Of a DNA stretch of 64,000 nucleotides, positions 59,832-64,000 are shown piece after piece. Made by a program: the position numbers and the translations under genes. The stretch lies in assembly GCF_032062105.1 (NCBI RefSeq), contig NW_026920828.1:62001-126000 (forward strand), read 5' to 3'. The stretch's first letter is position 1, and every line of letters begins with the position of its first letter. This stretch comes from Saccostrea cucullata. Taxonomy: Eukaryota. The notes under the pieces were generated by a model. It was not told the origin of the DNA, did no database searches, and saw only the letters and a program-made list of their open reading frames with translations.

Positions 59832-62800
59832 ATGCCTACTGAATCCGACACCAGAGATGGCTATTTACGAGTATTCAGTTTATTGTGTGCTGCTGACTTT
59901 TGTCTGTTTTTCTCTTATGTATTAGGCCTAGACACGGCTAACGAGTACGGACGCGACCAATTTCGGGAGCTAAAATTCCCTAATAGAAGCCTTTTCAATA
60001 CCAGTGATGATTCGTTCTGTGAAACTAATACCTCGTCACAAAGGTACCAGGAAAGGAAAACTGTTCAGAAGTTAGTGTCTGAATGGGATGTGTACATATC
60101 AATAGCCCAGGGAGTCCCGCTTATTCTATCCAGTATGTTGTTTTCACCACTGAGCGATTCCATTGGACGAAGGCCATTTCTTTTCGCTGGATCGCTTGGT
60201 ATTTGTGTTAAGCAACTTCTAATGACCCTTGCTATCCTTTTTCACTGGGATATATATCTTTTTATTCCATTTGCAATGGTAGAAGGTTTCAGTGGAAGCT
60301 GGTTTGCTCAGCTGGCCATAGCTATGACGGTTGTTTCTGACCTAACCAAAGCAGGAAAGTCCAGATCCTATTTAATCACTGTGTTCAGTTTTATGTACAG
60401 TGTTGGATTTTCTTTGGGAACATTTAGTTCTGCCTATGTGGTTGCGTATTGGGGATACGAATATTCTATGGCAATCTCCTGTGGATTGTCGGCCTTTGCA
60501 TTCATTATCACGTGCTTTATTCCTGAAACATTGCTCAAATCGCAAAGAAAGAAAAATAACTTCAGTTGCCTTGGAAACTTTAAAGAGATTTTGAAACTAT
60601 ATTTCAAAGAGGACCCGAATTATCCAGAGTTGACAAGACGGAAATATCTTACTGCTATCTCTTCTTTTATATTCATAATGTTGGCAAAACACGGTGCATT
60701 TGCTGTAGAATCGTTATATATCAGGGATTCTCCATTTTGCTTCAACCCCAAAACAGTCAGTTTATTTGAAACATCTAAAACCATCTTTTCCGAAGCTGGG
60801 ATTTTAATTGTTATAAAGCTATTGCATAGATGCATCTCAGATGAAAGTATTGCATTTATTGGTGCTATTTCAGACATGTGCTGTTTTGTTTTATATGGAA
60901 TAGCTTCTTCAAAAAAGGACGTGTATACAGGTTAGTTATACGAGAGCAAAAACTTATTCAAGTATATTACAAAAAATATAGGATCTTCCATGATTTGTAG
61001 TTAAATATAATGAACGAATTGTGAATTGTGTGTTTTTCACCCCCGAGCCTTTGCAGCCTCCCAAGAATCATGGGAGATTCTTTTTATCCCATGTAAAATA
61101 CTTCACGGCCAATGTTTTACGTTTTGCGTCAGCGTAATGAAGTAAAATAAAGTTGAGTCCTCTATATTCAAAAACTGTGGAAAACATTGATAGTGAAGTA
61201 TTAAACAAAAAAGAAATTCTCATGATTTGTAGTTGGATATGATTTTTATCCAACTCATTTATATCCCCTTGTAAGCCTCGGGATATAAAAAAACGACAAC
61301 ACACAACTCGGATAAAAATCATATCCTGCTACAAGAAGGATATGGAGATAACGAACAGTATTCAATATCAAAGTCCATAAAACAATACAAAATAGAAGCA
61401 GAGCAAACAGGGACCTCCGAAACATCAGGGGTGGGATCAGGTACCATGGGAGATCCTAAATACGTCCTATTTATACATGTATTATGATTTCTCATGTCAG
61501 TAAGAATTTAACGTAAAAATATACTTGCGGCTTTTGTTGTTAAAATCATTCAACTAATTGTTTATGTAGAACCTTTCATAAAAAAGCTATGTTAATTTTA
61601 AACAATGGTTAGAACCATTTGATATTTTGATCATTTTGTAAACAGCGGCTGCCGTTGGAGCTGTGGGTGTGAGTTCTATCCCAATGATCAGAGGAATTAT
61701 GTCAAGGATGACTCCACCCCACAAACAAGGTACATTATTTATACTATTTTTAGCTGTTTACAACAGATATAGTTTTTTGTTTTTTGTTTTTTTTTTGTTA
61801 TTTCTGCCAGGAATTAATATTTTTAAAATGCCAACATCTAGATGTAGTACATTTTACCCACAACACCCACTAACCCAATGGCCAGTACCTATTGTAGTTA
61901 TTTATGTTAGATTAATTTATATTGCGTTTTATTTACTTTGAATTAATATGCATCAGTATCAAATCGTTTACTTTTGACTGAGATAATTTTAATTTCATGA
62001 TGAAACCAATACATCAAGCAGATTTTTTTCTTCAATGAAAACAATCATCAAAAAATCTCGAAGAAATAAAAAGAAAGGAATTTCTAAGAAATGAAAACAT
62101 CATATATTGTTTAAACTTTCAGAGATATTCTTGAAGTGTAAACTGTAAATCCAAGGTTTTTTCAGTACCAGTGAAATAAGTTTAATTTGAATGAAAGAAA
62201 CAAACTTTAAGATGAGGGTTAAAGGAAGGGTATGGAGATAACGAACAGTATTCAATTTCAAAGTCCATAAAACAATACAAAATAGGAGCAGAGAAAACAT
62301 GGACCTCCGTAAGATCAGAGGTGAGATCAGGTGTGTTTCTTGTTATGATCGGATAATAACGGAACAATCAGTCGTCAATTCACTGTATAAATAATGAACT
62401 AACAATTAGTATGAAAAACGTCAGTCAGCATTTGACTCAATGATAAATTGTTTTTGCTGACAAGGTCGTTGTATCTACCATAGAACTTACGAAATGATTA
62501 CTTTAAACGAGACTGCTGATATTCTTGTTTCATCAACTTATTTGCCAATAATTTACCTCGTTTTAGAAATTGTTCATTATAAGAATTTTGAAGTTTTAAT
62601 TTTAATTTTAAAATGTTAAAGAAATTTTCAACAAACAACATGGTTTATTATCTGCTCAAACGTAGCTTTTTAATGATAGAAATTTATTTGTTTTAATTTT
62701 TAGAAACGTAATAGAGGTTTATATTTTAGCCTTTTCAATATTTGCCCTTGAAATAGTTAAGCCATGTAATTTTGAAAGTGTATGCAATATAAAAATGAAC

Positions 62801-63719
62801 AAACATATTGTTTTTAATACATCTAGGAATGCTGTTCGGCAGTCTGGCAATAGTAGAGAACATCTGTAACCTCTCTAGTTCAGTCCTAGGGGGCGCTATC
62901 TACTCGGAGACAATATCCTTCTACAGAGGAACAGTATATCTAGTGTTTTCGGGATTTCTCTTATTAGCAGTGTTACTTTTATTGTAAGTACAATTTTATG
63001 ATTCTGTAAAATACATTACATAAATCAGATGGTTATGCTTGTATTAAAGTTCTTAAAAAATGGATAAACAGGGCAAGCAAAATGTCTTTTGTGAAACGAG
63101 AATTAAAAAAAAAAACAAGATGTGTTTGTGAAACACTTTACGCTCGGCGACAACAAAATTCGAAAAAAAATTATTTGTAGAATATAGGTCATAGCTCAAA
63201 GTCAAACAGTCATTGACCTTTGTGTCATTTAAAAGATCTTAATTAGTGGAGTATGCATACCGAATATGAAGTCACTATCTTTAATAGTTCAAAAGTGATG
63301 GTGAATGTTAAAGTTTTCCGACAAACAGACAAACAGACAGGACAAAAACAATATATGCACCGGATCNNNNNNNNNNNNNNNNNNNNNNNNNNNNNNNNNN
63401 NNNNNNNNNNNNNNNNNNNNNNNNNNNNNNNNNNNNNNNNNNNNNNNNNNNNNNNNNNNNNNNNNNNNNNNNNNNNNNNNNNNNNNNNNNNNNNNNNNNN
63501 NNNNNNNNNNNNNNNCTTTGATATTTCTTATAACCTGGATGTACAAATCATTATGTAAAATAACTACAAATTGCAATAATCTTACGAAATTATTCGTCAA
63601 TGAAATATTTTATGTTGAATGGACATAATGAATGGCATTTCTTTTGCAGGTTTCTAGTTAAGGACTCCGTGAAAAATTATAATCGGAGAGAATACAGTAT
63701 CATAGTGAACCCGGAATAA
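59832..63719 (+). CDS. SLC46/PCFT-like MFS transporter, paralogue C (469 aa)
   Basis: Exons 59832-60930, 61646-61729, 62827-62983 and 63650-63719, GT-AG and in frame; SDSIGRRP; last exon (FLVKDS...YSII) is homologous to the last exon of A; intron 3 spans an assembly gap. Confidence 0.9.
60980..61455. mobile_element. Palindromic (Crypton-like) repeat interrupted by a Naiad-type 3' end (61338-61450)
   Basis: Same hairpin arms as 7456-7573; the right arm GCTACAA..CATGGGAGATCCTA is split by GGATATGGAGATAACGAACAGTATTC...GGGATCAGGTACC. Confidence 0.65.
62229..62578 (-). mobile_element. Naiad-type PLE 3' fragment in intron 2 of paralogue C
   Basis: Colinear with 21765-22155, apart from an internal deletion in the 3' module. 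Confidence 0.85.
63115..63366. mobile_element. HINE-like element running into the assembly gap
   Basis: AACAAGATGTGTTTGTGAAACAC start, one satellite-like unit, GACAAACAGACAGGAC microsatellite. Confidence 0.55.
63367..63515. other. Assembly gap (149 N)
   Basis: Run of N. Confidence 1.
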
Positions 63720-64000
63720 CAACATTGTGAACTATGAAATGAAGGATATAAACTTTAAGTGGAGGGAATATAGCATCAATGTCTGAAATTACATAGCTAT
63801 TATGATAGAAAAGCATTACCAGGTAGCAATACAATATCAATTGGAAAAAAAAATGTTGTAAACTGTTAACGGGAAAGGTAGCAAGGAAGTTAAATCCTAA
63901 AAAAAAAAACCAAACAGATGATAACGATAACGAGGATTATGATGATGAGCTGATATTTTAATAAGGGGTTCACTATATGGAAGTTATTGTTTCTTATCTT

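Noticed and set aside
63253-63628. ORFs spanning the N run
   Set aside because: Artefacts of the assembly gap.

Overview
AT-rich animal genomic DNA with spliceosomal introns; the repeat families suggest a bivalve mollusc, probably an oyster (inference). There is no sign of prokaryotic genes, CRISPR or rRNA. Eight host genes fall into three small paralogue groups. (1) Three tandem minus-strand orphan rhodopsin-class GPCRs with single-exon CDSs and very long third intracellular loops (0.3-9.7 kb). (2) Two convergent three-exon atypical Rho-family GTPases that the ORF track shows only in fragments (15.1-20.0 kb +, 30.2-32.7 kb -). One carries fast-cycling-type substitutions and has no C-terminal cysteine; the other has G12D, DTLEE in place of DTAGQ, a replaced switch II and a GC-AG intron. 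(3) Three tandem four-coding-exon SLC46/PCFT-like MFS transporters (45.5-63.7 kb). Between the genes lie a very young full-length BEL/Pao LTR retrotransposon (35639-43030, TSD TATCC), a decayed Naiad-type Penelope-like element with about 15 scattered 3'-end copies, Helentron-type non-autonomous elements, several MITEs, SINE and LINE fragments and microsatellites. The most notable observations are the atypical Rho pair, a structured 3' RNA module of the Naiad-like element, a minisatellite derived from an exon/splice-donor junction, and a compensated double frameshift in the first SLC46 paralogue. All coordinates and alignments were done by eye; no database searches were run.
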